Part shown: one piece after another, positions 50,101-62,741 of the stretch
Numbering within the stretch: position 1 is the stretch's first letter
How the letters are laid out: every line of letters starts with the position of its first letter
DNA from: Marsupella aquatica
Lineage: Eukaryota > Plantae > Marchantiophyta
Reading direction: 5' to 3'
Length of the DNA: 64,000 nt
NCBI GenBank assembly: GCA_973895155.1
Contig: OZ316897.1
Location: 17,580,457 to 17,644,456 of the forward strand
Position numbers and translations under genes: made by a program
Notes under the pieces: generated by a model
What the model saw: only the letters and a program-made list of their open reading frames with translations
Told to the model about the DNA's origin: nothing
Database searches by the model: none

Positions 50101-53100
50101 TCAATATGCATGTGCTTTGCAATTCTAGATAACTAAAGTTTTGATTCTTTGCTTGAACTTTTGATGAGTATTCTATGCGTTCCCTAGCAATAGAAAAGGA
50201 GAATATATGCAGACATTGTTAGCCATTAACATAAGTCTGCTGAATCTGTAGAAGCTTTACTTTAAGATTGCCAAGAGGTTCCAAGATGGCTACAAATGAT
50301 TGATTGAGCAACTTGAAAGTGATCAGACTGATCCAGCTCTCTATGAAGTGAAAACTGATCAGAAACAGTGGATTTATTCCAGATAAATTCAGATGTGCTG
50401 ATGTCTTTAGTCTTGGGAGAGAAGCAGATGGTAGACCTTAAAGTCAACGTAGACAAACAAAGTGTTGCCTGGCTATGCCACTTCAGGTAAATCTTTCTCA
50501 CTAGGGCCTCTCTCTAGAGTTGTGCTTTAGATGTATTATTGCTCATCCTCTGATTGTGGCCTTCACTGGAATTTAGCTCTACTTTTCGAACTCAAGCTGT
50601 TCAGAGGCGTTGAACCCCAATTGTGGAATGTATAAAGGTGGAGTACTTTATTTTCCCAACTAAGGTACCCTGCATGCATCTTCTCATGTCTTTCTGTGGC
50701 TTTTCTATTCAGGTGGTTATTTTGGAGGCAAGATTGCCGTGGATCTGTAAATCCTTCTTGACTTGACATCAAAATCATCTTAATCTGAAAAGGTATCTAA
50801 ATGGAATGTCATTTCTTCCTTTCTTAGCAGACACAGTCCTTGATAGTTTCAAAATAGAGAAATTGAACTGTCGGTACGCAGTTGAATATTATTCTAGAGT
50901 TGCTTAATTAAGACTGAAGTCCTAGAGGTCAGTTGTTTGTTGCTTTAGTTCCAGTCTCGTTCTGTAGGGAAAACTCTGAATTTGGTGGGAATAAAATGTT
51001 CCGTTATTTTATATTTGAGATAAATGAGGTTGGTATATATTTAAGCAATTTCCTAGATCTAGATTAAGTATCAATCCTTTGATAAACATAGCCATGGAGT
51101 CAGTTGAATGCCAAATATGTGTTGTTTGTAAGTTCTGTGTCGTGAGATGCTAGACCTGGGCCTGTAAAGGTGGATGGAGAATACAATGAAAGTTGGAAGA
51201 AGACGTACTGGCACGGATTACAAGGAGGGCATGGCACGCACTCATTTGCAACTTGAAGTTCAGCCATTGATCTATTGTACGTTGATTATAATCTATTGTG
51301 TGTTTTTATGCACCATCACATGTTTCTTGTCCTTTTGATTATTCTAACTTGGTATTGATCGCTGTCTTTATAAGTTAAAGAAATAATGGATGTTTTTAAA
51401 AGGTGGGGCCCTACTTGTAGAGTGAATTAATTCTCATTTCACTAATGAATACTGAAGGCCACCCTGAGTATCCCATCACGTACATGTCTGCTGCATACAT
51501 GAAGCTTTGCGTCAATTTTGACTGCCTGTAATTTACAGTTTATTAGTGTCACAAACTCATATTCTTTGCTTAGTCCTAATTTTGGTGGTGGTGGTTTGAC
51601 ATGGCAGTATGAATTCCTGCAGCCATATATGCTGATCAGGTACATCCTTTGCCTTGCTTTGGATTCTATGCCTTTTGAGAAAGCTAAGACAGAGCTAGTT
51701 GTTTATTGCATAATCATTGAATTTACTTTAAGCATACATTGTTGCTGCATGCCTTTCAAAACTGTCACTCAATAGTGCGGCCTTCCAGTTGCCCTTGAGA
51801 CTTGTAAGTGACATAGTTCTTCTATCAATAGGTTTCCAATTTCTTCAATGCTTGCTGTCTCCATACTTCTGCCACATGATTACTTTTGCTGTCTCCAAAC
51901 TGATCTAAAGTTGACCCGAAAGTGTTGCTTTCAAATCTGCGGTGCTATTTTTTGAATCAAAGCTCACTCCTTAGTTGTTTCTTTAATGGACTGTTTTTCT
52001 GTGCATTAGTGTTATTATCTATTTCATTTTAAAGCCACAGACAGACTCAGGATTTTCCTAAGTGACTGCCAATCAATGCCTTTAATTGTGTTAAATTGGT
52101 AATTTGATTTCCGAGCTCGTAGGCTGACATTATTTGCTTATCTGAACTTTGTGTTATTTTCTAGTGTCACTCATTTTTTTTGGTTGCATATAACCAATTC
52201 AAGCCATACACTTCATATAGTATAGATTGAGAGCAATGTCTCACAATTTTGCGGTGTGATATATACAGGATTTTGTTTCTGGACGGGTTTCTGCAGAGCG
52301 GTGATCCAATTTTTGAGAGCAGTGAATCTCTTACCTGCACATATGTGACGTGTTTTCTCCAAATGTAATATTGTCATTTGCAAACAAAGAGGAGGGACAC
52401 AGCAATTTAGTTTGTCTAAAGTGAAGGGAATGAACACATTGTTGAATTCTGGATTTCTTGAGAAGTAGATGTACACTTGGAATGATTACGAAAACTCTTT
52501 GTTATAACTCTTTTGATTTTCTAAATTGTATATAGCTTCTCAAGAGTTACTTAGTGTCTGAAATGTAAGACTAGTTTGAGATAATATTATCTACAGTATT
52601 TCAATGAGATCATACTTTGTTTTCATAATGTCACATGGAGCTGAATAGATATAATTGGTCGAGATTGAATGTAAGTGACTTGGATTTGGTTGAATGAACT
52701 TGAAAGAATATCACTTGGACCTGCTAGAAATAGAATGAATGTCACTTGCTCAAGTTGCATGAATTACACTTTGGTTTAAATAGTATTTTATTTGTCATCT
52801 GATTTTGTAATGAATGTTAATTCTTGAATGTGTTACAAATATTTGGATGTCCTAGGTGACAACTCTGGGGATGTCTGGCATGATGATTTGTGGGATGTCT
52901 TGTATGACGACTCTTGTGATGTCCTGTATGACAACTCTTGGGACATGCTGTAAGATGCAAGGAATGACGACTTGAATGACAGGCTTTGTACATGCATAAT
53001 GACATTCTAAATGACACATTTAATGACCCCTTGAATAGTCATTTTGGACACCAGTAATTATAGTCTGATATGACAGTGTAAATGACTAAAAACACTATGC

Positions 53101-53873
53101 CACATGTTGCCTGCCAATTTGTTCACATTACACCATTTTGGACATGTCTATTATGACGGCAATGTCTCTATGGTTAATGGTCATTAAGGACATGTCTATA
53201 ATGACAAATATTCTTGCCACATGTCAATTACAATGGAAACCACATGTCTCTATTTCATTTGTTTAAATTTGTGTCATTTTGGTCGTGTCCAAAATGACTC
53301 ATTATGTTGGTGAGTGTCTAGACACGTGGCATTGTTTTATTGGTAATGGAGGCCGTTGACGGCGAACGGCACAACACTGTCAATGGACAGTGTCGGTCAT
53401 TTTGGACAGTCGGTCATTTTGGACCAAAAATATTTTTAGTCATTTTGGACAGTTTCAAATGACCACAAGAGTTTTGCGTCATTTGTCCAAAAAGACGGTG
53501 ACGCAAATGTCCAATGCAACGCGTCTGGAAAGACGGAAACGGATGCGTCATTGTTTTGTTGAAAAGACCATGTGGGTAGTCATTGTTGCGGTCATAAACA
53601 ACCTTGTTTTCTACTAGTGAAATTGGACCATCAGAAGGAGTCCCACAAATGCACTGAGATCCATGCTGAGATCTGAATGTCGGGGAAAGTTTGCAATGCA
53701 ACTCTCTTGTTGTAAAACTAATTGGCTGTGTATTGCCACCTACATGTATTTGTTGATTGTGCTTTCCAAACTAGTTGTAGAGTGAGTGTGTGTACGCGCC
53801 TCCTCCTTTGTTTGAATTATTTTCTCACCATGCACGCCACCATATATTCTCAACAGCTTTGAAGTGCATCGGG

Positions 53874-54175
53874 CCCTAGGGAATCAGTTAGAGTAAAAAC
53901 CCTAAAACACGTGAGAACAAACCAATAAAATTTGGAAAAACAAATTAAAAAGTGAATTCAAATAAAGAATCCTTGTACCCTTTATTACTAAAATTTTGAA
54001 ATTTTTTTACATACCTGTCTGAATTTTAAAAATAATGATTTTACCTAAAATTGAATTTTTAAGTGTCTTAATTGAGTATAAGTTTTTGATTATTATTATT
54101 TAGTCCGACATTATTCAAAATAACCTTCATTTGTTTGCACTCCGTTCTAATAACCCAACAAGTGATTCTCAAGGG
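53874..54175. mobile_element. MITE family B copy
   Basis: Aligns with 40639-40934; TSD GCATCGGG / GCATCAGG; empty site visible in the sister LTR at ~33521. Confidence 0.88.
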
Positions 54176-54331
54176 GCATCAGGTTAGATAATGCTCAACT
54201 ATGAGCAGTGAATCAAGCAACGGAAATCATTATTCATTATATTGACCTGAATCAATTTGTGTACATGCCAATTAGATCTCTTTGTTCACATCATGTTGTG
54301 CTCATTTGTGCTTTAGCTGGCATAGTTGACA

Positions 54332-54628
54332 CTTGGGGGTCTCACTACATAGAGCCCCGGACCCTAGCTGTCACCTACGATGTTTTTAAGCCTTGTACCC
54401 CCTAAAATGCAAGATTATTTTTTTAAATTAATATTGTTGGAATATTCTAAAATTTTGATTAAAACTACCCTATTGTTCTTAGAAGTCAGATTCAAAATTG
54501 GATTTAAAAGACTCTAAAGTTCTTTAACATTTTTTTTAAGCCCGTTTTTAAGTTTTCCCTTAAAACCAAAACTACATTTTTCTTTGTCACACGTGATGTG
54601 CCAATTTCATGGAAGTGAAACCCCCAAG
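54332..54628. mobile_element. MITE family A copy (297 bp, opposite orientation)
   Basis: TIR CTTGGGGGTCTCACT / AGTGAAACCCCCAAG; perfect TSD AGTTGACA. Confidence 0.9.
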
Positions 54629-55033
54629 AGTTGACAGGTTATGGTCCAAAGCATGTAGTTCTTTTGTTCAGAATTCGTCATTGCAATCTTAATTTGTAAT
54701 ATATATGTCTAGAATTTGAGAAGACTAGTTAATCATTAGAATGTAGAAGGCTTTGTCAATACATTGCTGAGTATACTATAGCCAGTTCTTCACTTGAAGT
54801 CTCCAGCTAGTTCTCTTCCTTTGATTGCATAGTTTGTTCTTCTCTTCTTCTGTCAGATTTCTTTTCACAAGTTTCCTTTAATTTCATTTTCTCATAATTA
54901 TGTCAATGACCTTCCATGATACAAGTAATCTCCAAGCTTGCAGGTGGTTCAAATTATGAATCATGGCAATTTCTTGTCTCCACCGTCTTGCCTCATAAGG
55001 TGAGTGAAAATTCATTACCATAATTACTGCTAT

Positions 55034-55200
55034 TCTGGGGTCTCACTATATAGAAGCCTCCCCATCATCTACGACAGTTTTAGGCCTCAGACCCCCTAAA
55101 ACATAAGTTTAAAAAATAAAATTGTAACCCCTGTTAAGCTGGAATATTATTAAAATATTCTAAAATTTTGATAAAAAAGACCCGAATGTTCTTAAATTAA
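55034..55200. mobile_element. Truncated MITE family A copy
   Basis: ctggggtctcactatatag...accccctaaaa matches the reverse of 10250-10405. Confidence 0.7.
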
Positions 55201-55730
55201 AGTCTTTAACAGAAAAGTATGAGAACACCCAAAGTGGTAGAATTGCAAACTTTCCCACTTTTTGAAAACAGGAGCTTCTCCTAGTTCTGATTTCAAGTGG
55301 AACCCCCCATGTTGCTGCAGGAAATTAAATTTCCCAGTGTATGTTATGTAACAATTTTTAAGAATGTCATTGGGGACTTTAAGGAACTTTTGTTGTTACT
55401 GTAGTAAGACTGTTCTAGGTCATTCATGCATCATTACCCACTTAGAATTCATCGAGACAATTTTCGTGGCCCAAATTGATGCACTGGTTCAAGATTTATG
55501 GCCAGTTTTAGTGTTTGTAGGTAGGTATACAAATTCCCATCTAAACACAAGAGAATTGGCAAAAACCCACTTATTACCAATGAAAAATACAAATACTCTA
55601 GGATTGTCTATTTTGTCAGTAGTATTAAAGAACAGTCACCAATATCAAACTAGGTAAAAGTCACACATAAGGTAGGATAAATTTGATTTCCTACCTGGGC
55701 ATGTACGTGACAGTTTTTCCTTGTGTAAGA

Positions 55731-57035
55731 GTCCCAACAGGTGAGCAAATGAGGACATGTGAGAGGAATGCAACGTTTACCAACGCCTTGCTTGGAATTG
55801 GGCTTATCCAGGTAGGGCTTTTCAGATTCCATTGTCACTGGGAAGTCAACGACCTCATAGTGTGTTCTGGTTGGTGCTTCAATTGGCTTTTTTCAGTGTC
55901 CTTTAACCCTATGGTGTACAGCCAAGTCATAGTCATGCATTAATATGTGAGCTATTTCCTCTCAAAGCTACCGCTGATCAGTGTGAAATATTTCAAAACA
56001 CAAAGAAAACCACATCAGGAAACCCCTGATCAAAAATCTGTCCAAACAGATAGTTTGCTGATTAATTCAGTATGACGAGTGTAAGTAAAGCAAAATGAAT
56101 AAGAAAAATTTCTCGGACCTAAAAATGTCAAGGGTGTCACGTTCTTCGCAGCAAGCCACATTTTCAAGGAGCCAATTAAAATGAGAATTACTCCAGACCC
56201 AACTTGATAGATCCGGGGATAGATCTAGCATATCTTAGCCGCTCACCAAATAGTGAAATTTTTGGTACCTTCAAATCCACAGATACACGTACCCCTTTTG
56301 TTTCCCCTGCCCGCTTTGAGCTGCCTTAAGCCTTCCCGCTCAGAAAAAAATTAAAAGGAGAAACTAGTCTTGCTCTTGTTTTGGGTCATATGCTCCCCAT
56401 ATGTTCATTCCCATGAAAGTCTTTATGGTCCTTAATTCATCATTGGAATCCACGTGAAAGATACAAATTCGACATTCAAGCTGATAAGATTCCGGTAAAT
56501 AGCTAGAGAAGTGGGAGGGAATTATCATTTAATCAAAGAAGCGCCAGAAGCAATATTCCCTAAAATAATGAAATTTTTCAATTGTCTACCATGGTTCAAT
56601 AAGGTCGCTTTGGTATTAGAGGTAGCAGACGTACAACTTAAAATTAAAGATGCACGTGTAAATACATCTAACTTGGGCTAAACTTAGATTATGGAACCTG
56701 CCCTCTCAATATATTGTCACTCTGAAATTTCCTGACAAACAACGGGAATGGACCTGGCCTTTTGTGACTATGGCTACAGAAAATTTTGGCTTCATTCAGA
56801 TTTTGCAATGACATATATAATTAGTTGTTCGATCATCTATAAGCTAAGACTTGAATTCAGCTTGGTGTTAACAATGCCGCACACTGGAAGAATTCTAGCC
56901 TCAACTAATTTTTCCCAACCAGGCGAACTCAGATAAATATAAAGTTTTATTTTTATTGCTTTTTAGTAGAAGACTTACCCATTTTTTGTGAAAGAATGAT
57001 AAGGGTTTGAAAATCACGTTTGGCATTGCAAGAAA
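55731..57035 (-). pseudogene. WRAP73: Orphan duplicate of the WRAP73 penultimate exon with flanking introns
   Basis: Exon ~55781-55908 encodes HYEVVDFPVTMESEKPYLDKPNSKQGVG followed by a GTAAAC donor; introns align with 62567-63240; no terminal exon follows. Confidence 0.75.
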
Positions 57036-58036
57036 GATTAGATTGATCTATTATTATTTCATTTCTAATTTTTGGCATTGCAAGAAAATACAGAATATAA
57101 TGCCCGGACGGAGACATTGTCCCCTCCCTATCCCCCTCCCTCCCTGCCCCCCTGGACTCCTTCTTTACACCAATGAAAAATAAAAGGGAACTGGTTACTG
57201 ATCCAAGATGGTGGCAGTTGACGACTTGACTACCTTGACAAATTACAGTGGAGACAGGTAATACAACTAGGTTTGATAATGCAACTAAAACTGGCAACAA
57301 ACGGTAAATAAAGAGACCCTTTAGAGGTCACATGGTCATCAAAAGTGTTTAAAAAATTATCGGAGTCAATTTAATTTTTCTGAACAAGTCCATCCAAGAT
57401 TCGTCAATCATCTTGGGGGCTCCGGTTTCGAAAATATAAGTTTTTTAAAATCTATATTAGAATATTGTAGCTTGTGCTTGCCCGCTTCCCCACTGTTGTT
57501 CGATCATGATGTTCTTCCATGTTATGATCCTCGCTCTTCCAAAGATTGCACATAACTAATATATGTGGCAATCCTTCAGAGTAGCTTGCTTTAATTTAGG
57601 TGCTGGACTCGGACCAATGCATTTCATGTTGTGTTATACTATACAGCCTTTGGGAGGTGTGCTTAGCAGTCTGTCTTGTTAGTATCTTCGCACCATGCAT
57701 TTGAGTACATATTAATTTTACAATACTAGAAGCTACAATCAAATTATATAGATTACTTTCAAATAATTGAGATTTTACAAATCAGTCCATCAGATGTTTA
57801 CCAGATGAACTCCCATCATCAGATGGAATTCAAATGACAGTAACAAAACTGGAGGAAATATTTACACAAACCTCAATGTACATGGCCGCATGTTCGACCC
57901 CAATATAAGCAGTGGTCTTTGATTCATCTAAAATATATATACACAAGGGCAACAAGAATTTTGTTCATATATTTCTCCGAAGACCCAACTAATATCCATC
58001 ATTGTCTCTAAGCACTTCATGCAGTCTCTAAGCCCT

Positions 58037-60038
58037 TCATGCACGATCCTGCCCCAATTCCCGTGCAACCTCGGTGGACCACATAATCTCAATATTGGAA
58101 TCTAGCTTGCAACAATAATCTCCACAAGGTTTCTGGATCCACAAGGTTTCTGGATCACTCAGAAACAACGATGTCTCTTCTGTTGCACCATAGTAGCAAT
58201 TATACGAGCTGCTGCGTGAGGAAGATCGAGCAAGTATTTGAAAGATTAATAAAGATGTCGCTTCATATTGCACGTCTTGCTGCCATCTTACGAACAGGAG
58301 CTGCTGGAAATAGAAGCTAGCTGCTGCGTGAGGAAGAGTGAGCCCTTGCACGTCTTGCCACCACATTACCAACAGGAGGCAATAGGAGGTGTTCGGCAAT
58401 AGGAGGAGCCGTCGCGTGAGGAAGAGCGAGTCCTTTCACGTGTTGCCGCAACAGTACCAATACAAGCTGCTGGACAATTGGAGCCGCTGCTTGAGGAAGA
58501 GGGAGTCCTTTCACGAGTTTTGCCACCACAGTACCAATAGGAGCTGCTGGACAATTGGAGCTGCTGCTTGAGGAAGAGGGAGTCCTTTCAGGTTCTACTG
58601 CCACAGTACCAATAGGACCTGCTGAACAATTGGAGCTGCTGCTTGAGGAAGAGCGAGTCCTCTTAGGTTCTGCTGCCACATTACCAATAGGAGCTGCTGG
58701 GCAATAGGAGTTGCTGCTTGAGGAAGTGTGAGTCCTTGCACGTTTAGCCGCCACAGTACCAATAAGAGCTGCTAGACAATTGGAGCCGCTGCTTGAGGAA
58801 GACTGAGTCCTTTCAGGTTCTGCCGCCACAGACTTACCAATAGGAGCTGCTGGGAAATGGGAGCTGCTGCTTGAGCAAGAAGAGCGAGTCCTTGCACGTT
58901 TGGCCATCATAGTACCAAAAGGAGCTGGTGAGCAATAGGAGCTGCTGCGTGAGTACGAGCGACTCCTTCCACGTCTTGCCGTCATACTACCACTAGGAGC
59001 TGCTGGGCAATAGGAGCTGTTGCGTGAGGAAGAGCGAGTCCTTTCAGGTTCTGCCACCACAGTACCAGCAGGAGCTGCTGGGCAATAGGAGCTGCTGCTT
59101 GAGGACGAGCGAGTCCTTTCAGGTTCTGCCGTCACAATACCAAGAGGAGCTGCTGGGCAATAGGAGCTGCTGCTTGAGGAAGAGCTAGTCCTTTCAGGTT
59201 TTGCCACCACAGTACTAGCAGGAGCTGCTGGGCAATAGGAGCTGCTGCTTGAGGAAGAGCGAATCCTTTCAGGTTCCTCCACCACAGTACCAAGAGGAGC
59301 TGCTGGGCAATAGGAGCTGCTGCGTGATGAAGAGCAAGTCCTTTCAGGTTTTGCCACCACAGTACCAGCAGGAGCTGCTGGGCAATAGGAGCTGCTGCCT
59401 GAGGAAGAGTGAGTCCTTTCAGGTTCTGTTGTCACAGTACCAATAGGAACTGCTGGGCAATAGGAACCTTCGTCATTAGGAGCATTCGTCAATTTCTGAG
59501 TGGTCTCGCCGTTACTATATTCTGCTTCGAAGCTGGAGAAGGAGTTGTCTTCCGTGGAGGAGTAGGACAAGTATTCCGGGTCCACCCTTTCATCAGTTGG
59601 GGACTGTGGCGAACAGTCCACGACAGATCTGGAGTAGTAGGTCCTATCTGAGTTGTTAAATGTACAGTAAAGGCTCTCATCTGTGGAATTGTAACTGTCC
59701 GACCTGGAAATGACATAGGTGTCCGAAAACTGATCTGCGCTGCTCCCAGAAGTTGTGTAACTGTCCAAATCTGAGTCGGAAATGGAATCGCCGGAAGTCT
59801 CTGGAAAAGGATCTGTGCTGCTTCTAGAGGTGGTGTGACTCTCCTTCTCGTAAGAATCTGCGTCAGCGTTTTCAGAGATGCTTTAACTCTCCGAATGGTA
59901 AGAATCTGTGCCATTACTTTCAGAGCTGGTGTACCTCTCCGAATCGCAAGAATCTGTGTCATTGGAAGAGCCACTCGTAGGTTCAGGGCAGCCTTTGCCA
60001 CAAGTGCTGGAGGAGAATCGGCGCTGACAATCCATCAT
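58037..60038 (-). pseudogene. Ser-rich tandem-repeat (mucin-like) protein gene, disrupted
   Basis: ATG at 60038 is in frame with the 483-aa ORF but there is a TAA at 59885-59883; 13 or more in-frame 25-aa repeats SYCPAAPxGTVVAEPERTRSSSSSS; frameshifts near 58520-58300. Confidence 0.7.
58200..59466. repeat. 75-bp coding minisatellite, ~16-17 units
   Basis: ggagctgctgggcaataggagctgctgcttgaggaagagcgagtcctttcaggttc recurs every 75 (sometimes 78) bp. Confidence 0.95.
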
Positions 60039-61793
60039 GAGATCGGAGGAAGGAGAAGCTCAAACGCAGTAGGATGTACTTGGGCACGAAAGAAAAATCA
60101 ACACGAGACAGGGATGTCGGAATTAATGAACTTGAGAGTGAAAACTTGTCCTTAAATGCTGCCTTTGAAAGAACTAGATCATTAGTCACTTCAATGTTCA
60201 ACCCCAAGCTAACAGGAAAGTTCGGGTTCGTCGTTACATTCAGACAACAACAAAACCTACACATACGTCCCTCGTCTGTATGATCCAGTTTTATCAGTTT
60301 GAACAGACTACTGACCATGCTATTTTTCTAGGGCATTGTCAATATATTGGTAGTTCCAACTGGAATGCCTTTCAATATCTGCGTTAGATGTTTGGTTCGC
60401 CGGCCAGTCCAGGACCTCAGGACTTTGGGTGTTAGGGATAAGGCCGACAACTTATGATTTTCTTCGTTTGAATTGTTTGTAGCATGAGGCAAAATGGACA
60501 TACTCCCATGTTGGTGAAACTCACACTTAGGCACCCTTTCCCCTAACATGCTAACACTAACTCCTGGGAGAAAATACTAATGAAATAATTATCATTTTAC
60601 TAAGGTTCAGACTCTGATTTCTTTTGTGTGCAATTGTCCACCATCCCAACAGCTTTTACGCTTGGTATTCGACGCTCTTTGTAAATTGTCTCTCCATACT
60701 CGTTCTTGTTCTAACTTGCTTTTCTCCCGTTGCATTCGTCGAGAGCGCGCGTTCTAATGCTATCTAGTCTGTCATGTCATTTCACAAGCTCGACAATCAT
60801 GGTACTCGCGCGAGGAGACCAAACCACGAAGTGTTAACTTCTGAAACAGTCCTTGTATCCTCCCTCATTTTGTAAATAGATTAACTATGGCGTACATTCC
60901 CTACAGACCTCATATTCGTACCTGAAGGCCCCCTTCGCTAACACAAGCATGAAGGATTCCTAGAAGCTGAGTAATCTTGAATTGTAGTTGGTACAATGTT
61001 AATTTCAGACTGGTTGGTTGAATTTCTTTTAGGGATTACAGCCAATCTACTGGCCATAGTTCTGATAGCCAGGAACTTCTTTGCATATTACTTTACTGAG
61101 TGGTGAAACGCTTCAACATCTTTTTAATAAAAGTGTCCTTGACCTGTCAAATCTACCGAGTCAACTCTGGTAAAAAAACATCATGAGTTTGCATCTGCAA
61201 CATTCCACACCCCCCGCTTTGATTTCTTTGTCCCTTGCTTTGGCGCACCTCCTCTTATCAACATGGCAATGCTCAGATTAGCCGTTCGTGAGTAAGTTGT
61301 ATATATATATGTCCAGCATCTCGTACTCGTTTTTGCTGGAGCACAAGCAGAAATCAAACAACCCGATGATCATTCAAAACGTAAGCACTTGCCTTTGTAT
61401 GGTGAAAGGGGACCCCACCATAAGGTAATCCCTGCTCAAAACCTTGCAGCAGTCACAACATCACTTCCAGAGACTTAAAAAATTAGAACAAATCGCATGA
61501 GAACTTGACTGAGACAGCTACCTATAATATCCATTGACGCCAACTTTGCAATTGCAGACTAAAGCTACTAAGAACTGCCCAATATGAATACTTATGCCTG
61601 CAGAGGTCAGCTCTATGTAGAAGACAGCAGACGATTACGATTGCTACTGAGGACCTGATCATCAAGTCAAAGACTCTGAACCATTGAAGATTTGAATAAC
61701 GTACAAAACACTCAGGAGACTGGCAGAACGCTATTATCAGGGCTTGTGACGAGTTTCATTATCTGCAACCCAACTGAAATGACATGATCGTGT

Positions 61794-62741
61794 CTAACTC
61801 AATAAATTATCATACAAGGTAACATCATTGCATTGGCTGCCAGCGGCCTCAAAATTATCGATGGGAGGCACAAATGTGCAGCAAAAGGATTCCTTGTCTT
61901 TGAGAACCAACGACGTTCCATCCGGATTCCACTTCAAGTCATTGGCAGCAAACTTAGGGAGTGGTATATTCACACAACAGGCCCCGGCTGGTGTCCACAT
62001 GTACAAACTTGAACTCCCAGTGCAAAGTGCAAGACGTGGCTGCATTGGATCCCATGCTGCTGCACGAATTGGCTTCTTTTGTGTGAGAATGGCAGCCAAC
62101 TCCAGGTGAGCAACATCCCAAATCCAGAGAGCATTTGCCATGTTATCATTACGTGTAAGGATGAAACAACTGTCTGGGCTCCAGGAAAGCTAAGTAAACC
62201 TGATTTTACAAAGATCCAATACAACATTTCAAGACTTAGAATAAGCATCGTAACAATAATCAGCTCAGGAAACTATGGAGAAGCTTAACAAAACATGTCA
62301 TGCGACTACAGTAATCTTGCTTCCACCCACATTGAGAATGTTAACTAAGAATCCCAACAGGTGAGCAAATGAGAACATGTGAGAGGAATGCAAAGCTTAC
62401 CAACGCCTTGCTTTGGGATTGGGCTTTTTCTACCCACATTGAGAATGTTAACTAGGAATCCCAACAGGTGAGCAAATGAGAACATGTGAGAGTGTTGCAA
62501 AGCTTACCAACGCCTTGCTTTGGGATTGGGCTTCTTCTACCCAAATTGAGAATGTTAACTAAGAATCCCAACTGGTGAGCAAATGAGAACATGTGAGAGG
62601 AATGCAAAGCTTACCAACGCCTTGCTTTGAGATTGGGCTTATTGGGGTGGGGCTTTTCAGATTTCATTGTCACTGAGAGGTCAAGGACCTCATAATGTGT
62701 TCTGGCTGGTTCTTCAGTTTGTTTTTCAGTGTCCTTGGACC
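61794..62741 (-). pseudogene. WRAP73: Last two exons (62615-62741, 61794-62199) of a WD40 protein WRAP73/WDR8 homologue, apparently disrupted
   Basis: HYEVLDL...EKP..NKPN then GTAAGC donor; CAG acceptor then LSWSPDSCFILTRNDNMANALWIWD...PIRAAAWDP...LYMWTPAGACCV...LKWNPDG...KDKESFCC, recognised from memory of plant WRAP73 C-termini; +1 and +5 indels flank the intron. Confidence 0.8.
62325..62640. repeat. ~108-bp unit triplicated across a splice donor
   Basis: cccacattgagaatgttaact...cttaccaacgccttgcttt occurs three times. Confidence 0.92.

Larger units (their letters stand above)
42591..53619. mobile_element. Non-autonomous CACTA (En/Spm) DNA transposon, 11.0 kb
   Basis: TIR CACTAGAAGAAAACATGG / CCTTGTTTTCTACTAGTG; 3-bp TSD AAA; dense AATGAC/GTCATT subterminal repeats at both ends; no transposase ORF. 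Confidence 0.9.
53750..55020 (+). mobile_element. Copia 5' LTR + half-tRNA-Met-like PBS + gag start, interrupted by two MITEs
   Basis: LTR homologous to 33440-33790, ending GTTGACA; then GGTTATGGTCCA at 54637; gag-like KLAGGSNYESWQF at ~54935. LTR start is approximate. Confidence 0.75.

Noticed and set aside
59489-60001. 170-aa alternative-frame ORF (MAKAALNLRV...)
   Set aside because: Non-ATG start; shadow frame of the Ser-rich gene's N-terminal repeats
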